Assembly: GCA_965249485.1 (NCBI GenBank)
Contig: OZ252239.1
Location: forward strand, 3,520,001-3,584,000
DNA: 64,000 nt
Direction of reading: 5' to 3'
DNA from: a bacterium
GTDB lineage: Bacteria > SM23-31
Position numbers and translations under genes: made by a program
The notes under the pieces: generated by a model
Seen by the model: only the letters and a program-made list of their open reading frames with translations
Told to the model about the DNA's origin: nothing
Databases searched by the model: none
Part shown: piece after piece, positions 32,602-42,511 of the stretch
Layout: each line of letters opens with the position of its first letter
Numbering within the stretch: the stretch's first letter is position 1

Positions 32602-33696
32602 TTACAGACTCGACGCTGGTTCGGGAACCGAGTCGATCAGCATTTCAATTATTTTGTCGGAATTGATGTTTTCAGACTCTGCATAGAAATTTGTCAGAAC
32701 TCTGTGGCGGAGAACCGGATATACAAGCACTTTGATATCCTCGATCGACACATTATACCGGCCGTGAAAAACTGCGCGGACTTTTCCTCCAAGGAGCAGA
32801 TACTGAGCAGCCCTGAGCCCGGCACCCCAACTCACCCATTTTTTAACAAATTCCGGTGCCGATGGATCATCAGGACGTGAACTTCTGACAAAATTGACGG
32901 CGAATTCTCCCACATTGTGTGGAACGAACACTTTTTTAATGAGATGCTGAAAGCTGAGAATGTCATCTCCCGATAGCACTGTTGCGAGTTCTGATTCATC
33001 TTGCGATGTTGTATTCATCGCAACGGTCAGTTCATCCTCTGCTGAGAGATAGTCCAACACAATATTGAACATAAATCTGTCAAGTTGTGCTTCGGGAAGG
33101 GGATATGTACCTTCAAACTCAATTGGATTCTGTGTGGCGAGGACAAAAAATGGTTTTTCCAGTACAAATCTTTCTCCTCCGGCAGTCACCTGATATTCCT
33201 GCATAGCTTCAAGCAGTGCAGCCTGTGTTTTGGGTGGCGTTCGGTTTATCTCGTCAGCGAGGATGATGTTTGCAAATATGGGTCCTTTTACAAACTCCAT
33301 AGACCGCTTTCCGGTTGTTTGGTCTTCCTCGATGACATCGATACCCGTAATATCAGCCGGCATTAAATCTGGAGTGAATTGGATACGCTTATAACTCAGA
33401 TCGAGTATTTCGCCAAGTGACTTTATGAGTAAAGTTTTTGCAAGCCCGGGTACACCCGTCAAAAGGCAATGACCACCGGCAAAGAGTGCAATAAGTACCT
33501 CCTCGACAACTTCATGCTGACCGACAATCCGTTTTCTGAGCTCACTTAAAATTAATTGCTTTCCCTGCTCAAGTTTATTTAATGTGGCATCATCTATAGA
33601 ACTTTCTTCAAGCTGATGTTCGACCATTTCTACTGCATCCGGTGCAGCATTTTTTAATTCGGTTTTATCCTGATGTGTAGCATCTTGTTCTTCCAC
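32602..33696 (-). CDS. moxR: MoxR-family AAA+ ATPase
   Basis: GVPGLAKT, RIQFTPDLMPADITG, DEINRTPPKTQAALL, ATQNP, LPEAQLDRF; GTG 33696 with AAGGAG RBS. Confidence 0.95.
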   Translation of the reverse strand: MEEQDATHQDKTELKNAAPDAVEMVEHQLEESSIDDATLNKLEQGKQLILSELRKRIVGQHEVVEEVLIALFAGGHCLLTGVPGLAKTLLIKSLGEILDLSYKRIQFTPDLMPADITGIDVIEEDQTTGKRSMEFVKGPIFANIILADEINRTPPKTQAALLEAMQEYQVTAGGERFVLEKPFFVLATQNPIEFEGTYPLPEAQLDRFMFNIVLDYLSAEDELTVAMNTTSQDESELATVLSGDDILSFQHLIKKVFVPHNVGEFAVNFVRSSRPDDPSAPEFVKKWVSWGAGLRAAQYLLLGGKVRAVFHGRYNVSIEDIKVLVYPVLRHRVLTNFYAESENINSDKIIEMLIDSVPEPASSL

Positions 33697-33707
33697 AAGT
33701 TTTCTCC

Positions 33708-34454
33708 TTAATGTGTCATTGCATAAATAATAAAATTGATCCCCATCTGAAACGGCAGAGTTCCCGCAACATCGAGTCGGCCATCGGGGTATTCCCAACC
33801 ATCGCCAATATCTTGATTATGACAGATTATTGTCATCATGCGACCATTATCATCGTATAGAGCATAATAAGTGTCGTCAAACATGCTGTACCGGCCTGAC
33901 ACCCATGAGGGTGCTGCAACTGGATCAATCGAATAATAGATCGACCAGATCGGGTTATCAGGACGAATTTCCTCCGGCTCCTTATCAGGGAAAACCATTT
34001 TCAAATTGAAATACAAATTCATCCATTCTTGCTGCCCTCTGAAGTCATCGAACATGACAAATCCGCCGCGCTCCAAATATTCACGGAGATTCTCAGCTTC
34101 CTGTTCATTTATCTGCCAATATCCCGGTTCGCAAATATAGAGAAACGGATGTTTGAATATTTCTTTATCTGCCAGGGATAGGATTTTATACTGGCCGGCT
34201 ATATCAACTTTGGTTGTCCGTTTCAGCGCTTCATACAGATTATCTTCCGCGGTTGGATAGTCGTGTGCCCATCGCGGTTCTCCTCTCCTCCCGAACCTCC
34301 CATATCCATCTCCGTAATCGTTGTATTGTATCCGGATGAACCTAAATCCGTGATCATCCTGGGCAACACTGAAATCTGCGAGGAGAAAAAGAATCCCTAC
34401 AATAGAGAAAAAACGCAATAGATTATTAACAATGATATTTATCATGCGTGGCAA
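33708..34454 (-). CDS. DUF4159 secreted protein
   Basis: FxFxRIQY, WAHDYP, YLERGGF..DDF, DIGDGWE, GINF..YAMTH. Confidence 0.88.
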   Translation of the reverse strand: MPRMINIIVNNLLRFFSIVGILFLLADFSVAQDDHGFRFIRIQYNDYGDGYGRFGRRGEPRWAHDYPTAEDNLYEALKRTTKVDIAGQYKILSLADKEIFKHPFLYICEPGYWQINEQEAENLREYLERGGFVMFDDFRGQQEWMNLYFNLKMVFPDKEPEEIRPDNPIWSIYYSIDPVAAPSWVSGRYSMFDDTYYALYDDNGRMMTIICHNQDIGDGWEYPDGRLDVAGTLPFQMGINFIIYAMTH

Positions 34455-34532
34455 CCTGCAACTGCAAAAATTGTATAGTTACAGATGTAAGTTATTGGCT
34501 AATTATAAGTACACCTGTTCCGTAACTTTTAT

Positions 34533-37154
34533 TCAATTAGGGACCTGAACACACTTCAATAGCAGCTTTTGTGCATCTCTGAATCCGGGTGAAAGCTCTA
34601 ATGCTCTTAAGACTGCTGTCTTTGCCTTGAGTAATTGACCGTTCCGGTAGAGACTGTCTCCAAGCTGGTACCATGCCTCTGCCTCATCAATCTGATTAAG
34701 AGCAAGAATAATGCTTCGCTGTTCGATTTCTTCTTCCGTTTCACCACGTTGTTTGTATAACTCAGCAAGTTCATTATAGACACTTGTATCGTAGGGCTGA
34801 ATTTGAAGTGACCGGATGAAAAACTGCTCGGCCAGAACATAATCACCATCATTTTTATATAGATGTGCAAGTTCAATCGCCTCATCTCTGCCGTATTCTG
34901 TCATATTCAAATACTGTATAAGAACATTTTTGAGATCGGCGGTATTCCGCTTTGTGCGGTAAATTTCTGCAAGACCTTCATAAGGATTCTTGGGTTCAAT
35001 ATAGTTGGGCAGTAATTTCAACGCTTCACGAAACGACATTTCTGCACCAGTATAGTCTTCTTCACTCAGCAACACATACCCCTCCTTTAAAGCATCGAAA
35101 AGCGATTTCTCTTCATTGTTATTTCCATATATATCAGGCAGCCCTATTAATACAGGCTCAAATCGCTCCATCTCCGATTCCATGCGTTCACGAAACAGTC
35201 GGTCAATAGATTCTGAACCAGAATCAAAAACAGTACTAAACGCATCTTCGAGGCTGCTTCCATTGCCAAATTCAGCAAGCAGGTCAGAAACCACTGTAAA
35301 ACCGTACTCTTCCGACAAAAACTCGATAAGCCGTGATGCATGATAGTATGACATCATTATCTGGCCAGGATATTTCGGCCGCGTAAATCCTTCATTCATT
35401 TCAGAGAGCGAGAGAAGCATATTGTTCTTTAGTGCATCGAAGAACTGGAGTTCCATTTCACGCCCCCACGCCGGATTAGCACGTTTTTCCTCAAACACTG
35501 ATAAACCTTCGGTGAACCATCGGGGAACCCGGTGATCCGATATTCCGAGGGCCATAACATGAGCAACTTCGTGCCAGAGAGTTCTGGACCAGTTATATCT
35601 GTCTTTCGGAAGACCGTTCTCGGCTGCATTTTTGATTCTGGCAGCCGGTGTATCGAACGCAACGACATCACCAAAACAAACACCCAGCAGACTGATTCCG
35701 GGCAGTCCACTGATCCTAACAGCAAAATCCGCATGGTCATTATATCCTTCGATCCTGATTTTCCCTTCCGGTTTGTAGGAATACCGCTTTGATAATGAAT
35801 CATACGCAGTTTCGGCTAGGTCCAATACTACCTCACTAAGCACCTGACTTTCGGATTCATGCAGAATAACTACAAAATGCTCACTCTCAAATGTTTCAAA
35901 CTGGCTGTATTCATCGATAAGATTTAAGGTGTTGCTTACGAACAGATTGAATGGATCGCGGTTATATGCCCGATCAAGATATCGGTACGCCTCGTCAACT
36001 TCACCGATACGGAAAAGATTTGTCCCTACAAGCGCATATGCTTTCCATAACCTCCTGTTGTGCTCAATTGCCAGTTTGCCAAATCGGACTGCATCTTTAT
36101 ATCGGAAGCGCCGAATACTATTATCCGCAATTATGTAATAGAATTCTCCGGCATAAGGATTGATTGCAATTACACGTTCGACTATCTCATTGAATTTGTC
36201 CTGTTCATCCCGAAGATGATATACCGAAGCAAGGTTCGCAAGCGTTTGTACGGTATATGGATTAATTGCGAGCGCTGACTCCAACTCCAGCTCGGCATCC
36301 TGGTATCGGCTGTCAAGAATGTAGCCTTCGGCAAGAATATTTCTGGCTTCAATATTTTTCGGATTTTTTTCCAATGCCGTACGGGCTAGTTCCTCTTTTT
36401 TTACGAAGCTATTACTCACACGGGCATAACCGGTGTAAAGACTCGATTTGTTCGGATTTATCGATAAGGCATCTTCATAATTCCCACGTGCCTGATCAGG
36501 ATTGAATTTCTCTGAAAACAGCTCAGCCCACCACTCTAAAATAACCACATTGCTGGGATCGATCTTATTTGCTGTTATAAACGCCTCGTTTGCATCACGA
36601 AATTCGTCAAGGTTCGCAAGTGCCTGTGCTGCATAACCTATTTCCATCGGTTCTGAAAGCAAACCGTTGTTCAAACTCCATACCAGAATGTTGTAAAATG
36701 AAGCAGCTTCCTGTATTCGTCCCGTTATTGTATATAACTGTGCCCTTGAATAAATATTTCTCCAGTAGCCGCTTTGAAGGGAGTCGGCATTTTCAAATGC
36801 TTCTGAAGCTTCTTTATATCTACCAATATCAGTGGTAAATTCTCCATAAATAGTTAACAACACAGGATTATCAGGATTTTTTCGGAGAAGCGATTCGAGA
36901 CTTTCAAGGCCTTCATGAATTTTTCCTGTTTCGCGATAAGAATCGAAATATACTTCCAGAACTTCTTTTTCATCCGGTATTCCTCTTTCAATAACCGGAC
37001 CGAGAAGCTCCTGAACCCGGTCATAGTTTCCGCTATTGAGTGCATTGAAAGATTCATTTTGAGTATCCGAAAGATCCTGTGCAGCTATTGGAGATGCGGA
37101 CATAAATAGAAACAATAATCCCAAAAACCATGTATCAATAGTCCGAAAATTCAT
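34533..37154 (-). CDS. Secreted TPR-repeat protein with central gluzincin-like (HExxH) metallopeptidase domain
   Basis: Signal peptide, many TPRs, WHEVAH and PRWFTEGLS. Confidence 0.85.
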   Translation of the reverse strand: MNFRTIDTWFLGLLFLFMSASPIAAQDLSDTQNESFNALNSGNYDRVQELLGPVIERGIPDEKEVLEVYFDSYRETGKIHEGLESLESLLRKNPDNPVLLTIYGEFTTDIGRYKEASEAFENADSLQSGYWRNIYSRAQLYTITGRIQEAASFYNILVWSLNNGLLSEPMEIGYAAQALANLDEFRDANEAFITANKIDPSNVVILEWWAELFSEKFNPDQARGNYEDALSINPNKSSLYTGYARVSNSFVKKEELARTALEKNPKNIEARNILAEGYILDSRYQDAELELESALAINPYTVQTLANLASVYHLRDEQDKFNEIVERVIAINPYAGEFYYIIADNSIRRFRYKDAVRFGKLAIEHNRRLWKAYALVGTNLFRIGEVDEAYRYLDRAYNRDPFNLFVSNTLNLIDEYSQFETFESEHFVVILHESESQVLSEVVLDLAETAYDSLSKRYSYKPEGKIRIEGYNDHADFAVRISGLPGISLLGVCFGDVVAFDTPAARIKNAAENGLPKDRYNWSRTLWHEVAHVMALGISDHRVPRWFTEGLSVFEEKRANPAWGREMELQFFDALKNNMLLSLSEMNEGFTRPKYPGQIMMSYYHASRLIEFLSEEYGFTVVSDLLAEFGNGSSLEDAFSTVFDSGSESIDRLFRERMESEMERFEPVLIGLPDIYGNNNEEKSLFDALKEGYVLLSEEDYTGAEMSFREALKLLPNYIEPKNPYEGLAEIYRTKRNTADLKNVLIQYLNMTEYGRDEAIELAHLYKNDGDYVLAEQFFIRSLQIQPYDTSVYNELAELYKQRGETEEEIEQRSIILALNQIDEAEAWYQLGDSLYRNGQLLKAKTAVLRALELSPGFRDAQKLLLKCVQVPN

Positions 37155-37350
37155 TAGGAATCCTCTGGAACAAATTTGAAGTGTAATTTGGGTATACGTT
37201 TCCTTCTACCTTATTTAACAATAAGGCTGGAATAGATACCCCTATATAAAGATTACAGTTAGAAATCGCTACAAGTTCCAAAAGAACAAATCTTGGTCAC
37301 AAAAATATCAGCGGACGACTGCTTTAGCAAGAAAAAAATCGAATCAATTT

Positions 37351-37383
37351 AAAAAGGGTAATACGTTCATGAGCATTACCCTC
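37351..37383 (-). terminator. Intrinsic terminator of the pilus operon
   Basis: Minus strand AGGGTAATGC-8 nt-GTATTACCCT followed by TTTT, ~50 nt after the secretin stop. Confidence 0.7.
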
Positions 37384-37432
37384 TTATATTTACAAATTAC
37401 ATTAAAATTGATCACTCACTCGGTAGTACTAT

Positions 37433-38599
37433 TTAATTATTCTCCCGATCCATTCTCATAGCGACAAGACGCTCTTCCAGTGTCGGTACAATCTCTGCTT
37501 TGAGCAGGATTACCAACTCTTTTTCTACAGAACTAATTTTATTATAGCCAAAAATGTATCCCAATCCGAAAAACCATTTTGGAATATCTTTGAGTATTGG
37601 AATGCCGGTCCGTGTTACATCGTCCTGTGTCAGGTAGAGACCGCCGATCCCGACTTCTTCGTGATCATTGAGCAGAAGCTCCGTTTGTGCTTGTGTTTTA
37701 TTGATTATGGTGCTGATTGTTCCCGGTGAAACAGAACTGCGTTCAACCTGCGTCCCGAGATGGATAAAGTAAAGCGTGTCTTCGACAATGATATTTGGTG
37801 TAACCGATAGAATAATGCCGGAACTCACAAACTTATCAATGACATTTCCGGAAAAATCGCGCTGTTTGATAGAAAAATCCTGCCCGATCTGAACACGTCC
37901 GGTCCTTCCATCTGTAACGGTGATTCTCGGATTGGCAATAATTTTACCTGCGTCGTTCGATTCAAGCGCTTTGATGAGTGTGTGAAATTCGGTTGATCCC
38001 GATGACCGAGTCAATTCAAATGTTCCGACATCTTCCGGTGCAGGATTTCCCACAACATTCTGCCCGGCAATTACAGTGGTGTTCCCACGGCTGGACAAGA
38101 CATTCCAGTTAATTCCAAATTCCTTTAACATTTGACGATCTGCTTCAATGAATGTTGCCTCTATAGTTATTTCTCTCAGATCTTTGGTAACCGGTTTCAG
38201 ACCGGTTCCCTGTTGCACAAGCTCCGAAGCCGATTGCTGAATCTGAACTGGTGGGGCAGCTCTGTTTAACTGAATATAGTTTTCATTCTCAATGAGATCG
38301 AATTCATGAAAGTCTGCAATTGAGGCAAGTGCTTCTTTCCACGTTTCATTCTCAATCTCGACATCAATTGAGCTCGTTTCTTGCTCAGGATCAATAATGA
38401 CAATCCGGTCAAGCCGTACACTAAGTTCATTTAGAGCCCTCAGCACAATGGATAAGGGTGTTTCTTTTGAAAATGAAACGGTTGACCGATCAGTGACTGC
38501 TTCGAGCGGCGGTTTGTCCTGACTATATACGGTCAAAGGGATCATTGATAGTAATGCAATCAATGTGCATTGTATAATACCAGACATTTTCTTTTTCAT
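37433..38599 (-). CDS. pilQ: Short secretin (PilQ/GspD family)
   Basis: ITIEATFIE, GINW, ANPRITV.DG, GIILSVTP, IGGL, GIPILKDIP; signal peptide. Confidence 0.85.
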   Translation of the reverse strand: MKKKMSGIIQCTLIALLSMIPLTVYSQDKPPLEAVTDRSTVSFSKETPLSIVLRALNELSVRLDRIVIIDPEQETSSIDVEIENETWKEALASIADFHEFDLIENENYIQLNRAAPPVQIQQSASELVQQGTGLKPVTKDLREITIEATFIEADRQMLKEFGINWNVLSSRGNTTVIAGQNVVGNPAPEDVGTFELTRSSGSTEFHTLIKALESNDAGKIIANPRITVTDGRTGRVQIGQDFSIKQRDFSGNVIDKFVSSGIILSVTPNIIVEDTLYFIHLGTQVERSSVSPGTISTIINKTQAQTELLLNDHEEVGIGGLYLTQDDVTRTGIPILKDIPKWFFGLGYIFGYNKISSVEKELVILLKAEIVPTLEERLVAMRMDRENN

Positions 38600-38656
38600 A
38601 ATTTCATCCTCTGATCGTCCCTAATGTTTTAGCAGGGAGACCTTCTGTTTAAACTT

Positions 38657-39550
38657 CTATTGTGAATTTGATCTACCGTTTATTTTCAGTGTATAATACT
38701 TTCTGTATCCACCCTCATCCAGGATAAATTCGACACTATTTGTGACCGGGTCAATCTCCGACAGATAGCCGAGATAAACGTTGTCGCCTTTGCTCATTTC
38801 CCATATTTTTCCTTGCCGGTTACGTATATATGCAGCCGAATGTGTCAGACCCAGAAGCTCCGATGAACCGATTTCAAGTTCATTGTTGATATTTGGCAGT
38901 ACAGTTTTCTGAACAAGCTTATAGAACGGATTATATGAGATTGAATCGGGTTGAACTGAAAGCCGAGGTTCTTGCCGTTCAGGTAATAAATCTTCAGCAG
39001 AATACCCTCTAATAATTAGAGAATAGCTGACAGTATTCAATTGGTCCCGAGAATTGCCGTGAGCCGATGTTTGAGGAATGATTTCGAGTTCATCCAACAT
39101 GTACAGGGGTGCATAATGTTCCAGCTTCCAAATAAAGTTATACAAATTTCTGAAGTATGTTTCTCCTGACAAACTGTATGAATTTATTTTAATATTGTCT
39201 GCCATACTTTTACGAGGAGAAATTAATCTGAAGTAAAAATTTAATCTGCTGTGGGACTGCGATGTCAGGTCATTTAATATGGCGAAGGTTATAACTGAAT
39301 TTTCCATTTCCGGCAGTTGTTTGTCGTAATTCAGCCATGTTTCCTGTGCTGTTTGATAGCCGGCTATAACTATTTCAAAACTGGCATTGTCTGTTCTCAG
39401 CGCCACTAATTCAGCTTCTTTATCTGTTAAAATGCCTTCGACCTGCACGACCTCATTTTCCAGCTGATGCGAAACTGTATAGGTTCCGGCAGACAGCACA
39501 GAAATTGCCAGAATTAATAGCATTAAGGTATTTCGTATTGTATAAGGCAT
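38657..39550 (-). CDS. PilO-like protein with C-terminal extension (possibly PilP-like)
   Basis: N-terminal TM, coiled coil, LP motif, GxxxFxxLYxFIWxLE ferredoxin-like segment, then NPF and GDNVYLGYL beta domain; lies before the secretin. Confidence 0.6.
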   Translation of the reverse strand: MPYTIRNTLMLLILAISVLSAGTYTVSHQLENEVVQVEGILTDKEAELVALRTDNASFEIVIAGYQTAQETWLNYDKQLPEMENSVITFAILNDLTSQSHSRLNFYFRLISPRKSMADNIKINSYSLSGETYFRNLYNFIWKLEHYAPLYMLDELEIIPQTSAHGNSRDQLNTVSYSLIIRGYSAEDLLPERQEPRLSVQPDSISYNPFYKLVQKTVLPNINNELEIGSSELLGLTHSAAYIRNRQGKIWEMSKGDNVYLGYLSEIDPVTNSVEFILDEGGYRKYYTLKINGRSNSQ

Positions 39551-39564
39551 TGTTCTGCTCCTTA

Positions 39565-41180
39565 TTAATTGTCTAACAGTACTTTACCAAGACCAGCATG
39601 GATATCCTGAAGCAGCAGAGGCTGCTCTTTTCCAAAAAGCAGTCCGTCTTTTGCTTCTCCGGACAGTTCAAAATTATAGACGGTGTGTTCACGAATCTCT
39701 TCTTCCTGCATAATATCTATTTCAGTATTGTCAAAACGGGATGCAAAGTGGTGAATCCGGTTTCGGTAAAGAGATGTGCCGTTCAGTTTAAATGCTTTGT
39801 CATTTAAGGTGAAATCTCTTACCCAAAGGGAATTCAATTCACGGACAGTATTTGAAAGATAGTTCAGGAATCCGGAATAAAGCGGACCCTGATCCCATAG
39901 TGAATCGACCATAGTAATTGCGTTACGGTACGAGTCTGTTTTTATATTTAGTTCTGCTATCTCGTTTGCAATGAGATATTCTGTCTGGAGTGCGCTCTCG
40001 ACAAGGCTCATTGAAAATTGCGCCTGCTCTTTTCGCTCAATCAAATTATTCCATTGGATTGTGTAAAAAAGCGAGCTAAAAAACAATAAAAGCAATGCTG
40101 CGTATCCATGCCAGGCAAGACGAGCAGAACTCTGCTCTTTATGTACCTGTTCAGGGAGAAAATCTGCATTTTTGTATGTATCATTCTTTTTCTGCACAAC
40201 GCTTGCTGCCAGACCGATTGGTATAGCAAACGATTCGACTTCATTTTCCTCATTGTTATCAAGTAAACTGACATCCAATGCCGGATTGTCTGTCAGGTAT
40301 GTGCATTGAACATCGGGTAGCTTGGACGAAAGATAAGAAAATGTATTATCGGGAATATCCGTACCACTTAGAAATAGCTCAGCAGGACTGTGTATATGAG
40401 AGCGGTCAAGTTCAAGGAGCAGCTTTGCGTAAACTGTCTCCATGATACTCTGCTGATCTTCACCATTTTCACGATTTCTGATTATTACAGGTGAAACCGA
40501 TTCGAGGACTCTGGAGCGAAATAGCAAAATTCTTACCGAATCCGGAGCAAAGTTGATTGCGGCCGAGATTTTTCCTGCTTCCGGCAGATACCTTATCCGA
40601 ACGAGGTGTGCTAAAGCAATCTCGCAAGACGTAAGGATTTCAAGATGCAATCTCCGTTTAAATAGTTTTTGACCCGGAGAAACAAATCCAGCACAGGATC
40701 GGACCCGGAGTAATTCATCATAATAAGATGAGACTCAATTCCATTTACATAACGTAGCTGTTTTCTGTCCCCTATTCCCGGTTGCTGTATGCCGGAAACC
40801 GATTCTCTGATAGCCTCGATGAGTGGTTTGCCCTTCAATCCTTTTTCATTAAAAAATTGGGTGTAGTGTATTTCCGATTCGGATATAGCCAGAGCAACAG
40901 AGATTTTGTCAACAGAATACTTGCTTAAATATTCATACACGATTTCCAATGCTGACTCGGATGAACCGTAATCCGGCTGAACAGTGACAAATGGATCGTG
41001 CATTTGGCCTGTATTATCATCCACTGCCCTGTTACCAATCGCATGATTCTGGTAACCTGTTGACTGCTCATCAGGAAGCATTATTGTATCGAGAGAGACT
41101 ATTTGGTATGAATCCTTCTGATGCTTAAGATGAGCAACTTTTAATGAATCTCTGACTTTATATATTCCTAATGTTTCCAT
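39565..41180 (-). pseudogene. PilM-PilN-like fusion; frameshift at A5 40666-40670
   Basis: One added A gives RVKKLFKRRLHLEILTSCEIAL; PilM-like end FAIPIGLA, then NADFLP, a TM, a coiled coil and SLWV...LNG (PilN-like). Confidence 0.7.
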
Positions 41181-41215
41181 AGTTTCACCTTTTGAAGTCT
41201 GAGTGTTTCAGCAAT

Positions 41216-42511
41216 TTATCCGAGTAATTCTTCCATCCTCTTTTTATTGTTAGCAAAATTCAGAGCTGTTTCCCGTTCAATAATACGTTGTTTTACTAAT
41301 CTACTAAGGTCCTGCTCAAGTGTGTGCATACCAAGGCCAGCACCTTCGTGGATCATCTGATAGATTTCACCAGTATTATTGTTGCGAATTGCAGCACGGA
41401 CTGATGGTGTCAGAATCAGCACTTCTTTTGCGAGTGTCCGCTCGTCATTGCAAGCTGGAACAAGTTTTTGCGAAATAATACATGCAAGTGTATCTGCCAG
41501 CCGATGTCGTATTCGCTCCTGTTCTTCCACCTGCGTTTCACCGATTATTCTATCGATACTCTCAACAGCAGAAGCAGTATGGAGCGTCGAAAATACTTTA
41601 TGTCCTGAATCGGTAATTTCAAGCGCGGTCATAACCGTATCAGGATCCCGCATCTCACCAATCACAATAATATCAGGGTCCTGGCGCAATGATTGGACCG
41701 CGCCATCTTTAAAAGAGGAAACGTCGCGTCCAACTTCCCGGTGCCGAACAACACATTTAATCGGTGCATGTACTGTCTCAATTGGTGAACCGATGATGAC
41801 GATATGTGCTTCCGAGAGGCGGTTATTTGCTTCTATAATCGAATCGAGCGTCGTACTTTTACCCGAACCGGTAATACCGGTTACTAATGTTAATCCCTGT
41901 TTGTGTGTTTTGAGATTTAATATACCTGCAACATTCGGATGGAGCTGCAAATCGGCAAAAGGTCTGATAACATTCGGTACACACCGCATATTCATTGCAA
42001 GATGATCAAGGTCAAAGTAGGCATCCGCACGATATCTCATGTCGGAGTTATTTTTTGAACATTTATAGGAAAAGTCGATATTCTTCTTCAAGAGAATATC
42101 CCGCTGCAGCGGGTTGAGGAGACTGAGAATCATTGCATCTGAAAAATCAGCGGACACAGTTCCGAATTGTGGCACAGGCTTCTTTATTCCATGTATCCTG
42201 TACCAGATCTGCCCACCGCATCCGGACCCTCCAAAGTCAATGTCTGATGCACCCAATTCATCCATGGTGTTCAGAAACTGATCCCATTCTATCCGCAGCT
42301 GTGCTGAAACCGCCGATGGAGCATCATTGAGCAACGTGCCAATATGTTTCATTCTATCTGCTCCGATAAGCTCTTTTTTTGTATTCTTCAGCAGTGTAAC
42401 AAAAAAGTTTTTAAGCTGCCCGCCCATCGATGATTCCTGATACAGCAGCCCATTCTCATCTGTCCAATCCTCAATAATATGTAGTTCAGATTGTTTCATG
42501 TTCATCTCCAA
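41216..42511 (-). CDS. pilT: PilT-like retraction ATPase with N-terminal extension
   Basis: ASD, DFSY, GITGSGKSTT, REVGRD, LRQDPDIIVIGEMRD, GHKVFSTLHT, GMHTLEQDL. Confidence 0.88.
   Translation of the reverse strand: MEMNMKQSELHIIEDWTDENGLLYQESSMGGQLKNFFVTLLKNTKKELIGADRMKHIGTLLNDAPSAVSAQLRIEWDQFLNTMDELGASDIDFGGSGCGGQIWYRIHGIKKPVPQFGTVSADFSDAMILSLLNPLQRDILLKKNIDFSYKCSKNNSDMRYRADAYFDLDHLAMNMRCVPNVIRPFADLQLHPNVAGILNLKTHKQGLTLVTGITGSGKSTTLDSIIEANNRLSEAHIVIIGSPIETVHAPIKCVVRHREVGRDVSSFKDGAVQSLRQDPDIIVIGEMRDPDTVMTALEITDSGHKVFSTLHTASAVESIDRIIGETQVEEQERIRHRLADTLACIISQKLVPACNDERTLAKEVLILTPSVRAAIRNNNTGEIYQMIHEGAGLGMHTLEQDLSRLVKQRIIERETALNFANNKKRMEELLG

Noticed and set aside
33697..33798. Long N-terminal extensions in the ORF track (MoxR here; also 31627, 43776, 48051, 63311)
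   Set aside because: They overlap upstream genes, terminators or promoter regions; downstream starts fit the family N-termini or have better RBSs
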